This document shows positions 32,000-33,334 of a stretch of DNA of 33,334 bases, one piece after another (position 1 is the stretch's first letter; each line of letters begins with the position of its first letter). The DNA lies in IMG/VR virus record IMGVR_UViG_3300032212_000106, positions 1 to 33,334 of that record; one strand, written 5' to 3'. The notes beneath the pieces are model-generated. The model was not told the DNA's origin and made no database searches. It saw only the letters and a program-made list of their open reading frames with translations. The DNA is from a virus. A program made the position numbers and the translations under genes.

Positions 32000-33104
32000 T
32001 TTGCATATCTTCAAAGGTTTTTTTCTGGTTTTCGTCAAGCATTGAGATTAATAGCTTTTGAGTGATTTCAGATATTTCCTCAATATTCTCCATTAGCCTT
32101 CCATTGTCTCCGTTTTCTAAGGCCAACAGAACATCAAAAAACATATCCTCGCCGGCATTTATAAATGCCTCGTGCTCTTTTCGGCGCTCACCTTTCCCGC
32201 CGCGAGGAATCGCACCAATCAGCCCTTGGTACAGAGAAATATAAACTTCAGTTAGTACACGCTTACTAAATAAATACATACCTAGAGAGTCATTATCATC
32301 AATAAAACCATAAAAAGCGTTTTTTTGTTCTTGTGTATATCCGTAAGAATAGTCGGCAACGTCCGTTTCGTGCAAAGTTTCTGCTATTTTAGATGATTGC
32401 TCATTATTTCTTATATTTGCCGGCCATTGTTTAGCGGCAATATAAGCCATCGTCTTTTCAACCATTGATTTTTCATCCGACACCCAAGGCGGCTCGTAAG
32501 CCCATTCGCCTTTTTTAATTTTTGCCAAATAAGACTTATAAGACTCTGAGCGGTCGCGGTGCTTTTCAAAAATATCGGTAATTGGCGCGGTTGTTACGTT
32601 AATCGAACCATCAGGGAAATAAGTGATAGCGTAAGCGCCCGATATATCTCCGCGCACTTCGTTTGACGCGAACCAATCTGCTTGATGTATTGGCTTTTCC
32701 GCGTCATCACCAGACCAATCAAACTTGTCATTTTTTCTTACTGTGCGAATAACAAGTCTATCAATAACTCCCATTCGTTGATGAATAGCCTCAACACCTT
32801 TAAAGCCCACTTGCAAATGGATTGTCGTTTTCCCGCTTTGGTTCTTGCGAGGAAGCAACCAGCCTTGCTTTTTACCTTCAGTTAAATCTAAACCAAGAAT
32901 AGCGGCTTGTATTAATGAGTCATGCACAGCAGATGGATCTCCAGCAGCAATTTTCATTATATAATCATTCTTCGTGAGAGCCTGTTTAGCCGCGTGAATC
33001 TGTGAGTCTGGTAGCAAATCCCACTTATATTGTGAGAGCGTGGAAACAAACTCACCTGCCGCACTAGTCACAGCATTATCTATTTTTACTGCTAAATCAT
33101 TCAT
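31986..33104 (-). CDS. recT: RecT-family single-strand annealing recombinase with a C-terminal extension
   Basis: SLIQAAILGLDLTEGKKQGWLLPR....LQVGFKGVEAIHQRMGVIDRLVIRTVRKNDKFDW....GDISGAYAITYFPDGS matches the RecT layout over about the first 230 aa. About 140 extra C-terminal residues follow. Confidence 0.75.
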   Translation of the reverse strand: MNDLAVKIDNAVTSAAGEFVSTLSQYKWDLLPDSQIHAAKQALTKNDYIMKIAAGDPSAVHDSLIQAAILGLDLTEGKKQGWLLPRKNQSGKTTIHLQVGFKGVEAIHQRMGVIDRLVIRTVRKNDKFDWSGDDAEKPIHQADWFASNEVRGDISGAYAITYFPDGSINVTTAPITDIFEKHRDRSESYKSYLAKIKKGEWAYEPPWVSDEKSMVEKTMAYIAAKQWPANIRNNEQSSKIAETLHETDVADYSYGYTQEQKNAFYGFIDDNDSLGMYLFSKRVLTEVYISLYQGLIGAIPRGGKGERRKEHEAFINAGEDMFFDVLLALENGDNGRLMENIEEISEITQKLLISMLDENQKKTFEDMQNEIV

Positions 33105-33131
33105 TCTATTTCTCCGTTTGCTTTTTTATCT

Positions 33132-33163
33132 ATTGTAAAGTACAATAACCTCAATGTAAAGTA
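33132..33163. promoter_or_regulatory. overlapping divergent promoters built from two GTAAAGTA boxes
   Basis: Leftward promoter: TTTACA (complement of 33155-33160), 17 nt, TACAAT (complement of 33132-33137). Rightward promoter: TTGTAA (33133-33138), 18 nt, TAAAGT (33157-33162). The first box, TTGTAAAGTACAA, is a palindrome with 5-bp arms. Confidence 0.5.
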
Positions 33164-33178
33164 CAAAGGGTTAAAAAG

Positions 33179-33334
33179 ATGAAAATAACAGTAAAAAATA
33201 TTAAATTGGCTACGAATAGCAAAACAGCAGACGAAGCAGCAGCTAAAATTAAATGCTCACGTCAAGCTTTATATAATTGGGAAAAAGAAGGGTTTATTGG
33301 GGAAAAGACGACTAAGGGATTAAATATTGCGAAC
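33179..33334 (+). CDS. 5' part of the HTH (Cro/Ner-like) gene that continues at 1..161
   Basis: ATG 33179 follows AAGGG. The ORF runs off the window end and is continued by the identical sequence at the window start. Confidence 0.6.
   Translation, partial: MKITVKNIKLATNSKTADEAAAKIKCSRQALYNWEKEGFIGEKTTKGLNIAN

Noticed and set aside
33133-33145. The palindrome TTGTAAAGTACAA read as a host LexA (SOS) box.
   Set aside because: It does not fit CTGT-N8-ACAG: the arms are TGTA/TACA with a 3-nt spacer. The other boxes are not palindromic.
1-33334. A lysogeny module (integrase, CI-type repressor, att site), tRNA genes, or a phage RNA or DNA polymerase.
   Set aside because: No ORF showed the corresponding motifs on reading all translations. 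Absence cannot be proven without profile searches. The small HTH and wHTH proteins could still be regulators.

Overview
The window holds one complete dsDNA phage genome. Bases 1-107 are identical to 33228-33334, so the unit length is 33,227 bp (circular assembly or terminal redundancy). The window starts and ends inside the same small HTH gene.

Gene content is that of a T7-supergroup-like podovirus. I could not recognise an RNA polymerase, DNA polymerase, integrase or CI-type repressor.

Layout:
- Leftward early block, 147-1364: Ref-like HNH nuclease plus small ORFs.
- Regulatory or ori-like gap, 1365-1725.
- Long rightward block, 1726-31349:
  - Replication organiser.
  - About 25 small accessory ORFs, including a phage Dam methyltransferase, a VRR-NUC nuclease and a winged-helix protein.
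  - Decayed HNH fragments, TerS/TerL, T7 gp8-like portal, scaffold and major capsid.
  - Tail tubular A/B homologues, four internal (ejected) proteins and a beta-helix tailspike.
  - Lysis cassette: amidase, spanins, holin.
- Leftward block, 31346-33104: membrane peptide plus lipoprotein moron, Zn-ribbon protein and RecT.

Findings worth follow-up:
1. A perfect array of 30 GGC-NAC hexamers. Only one nucleotide position varies, and the array encodes a Gly-[Tyr/Asn/Asp] repeat protein.
2. Two complementary HNH-AP2 endonuclease fragments bracketing the packaging genes.
3. Three pairs of 15-27 nt gene-junction direct repeats flanking small cassettes, including the methyltransferase.
4. An intergenic-only GTAAAGTA box, always paired, overlapping predicted promoter hexamers at all five inter-operon gaps.
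5. A tightly coupled small gene interrupted by an in-frame TAA.

All functional calls come from reading the translations against remembered family motifs. No database search was run.
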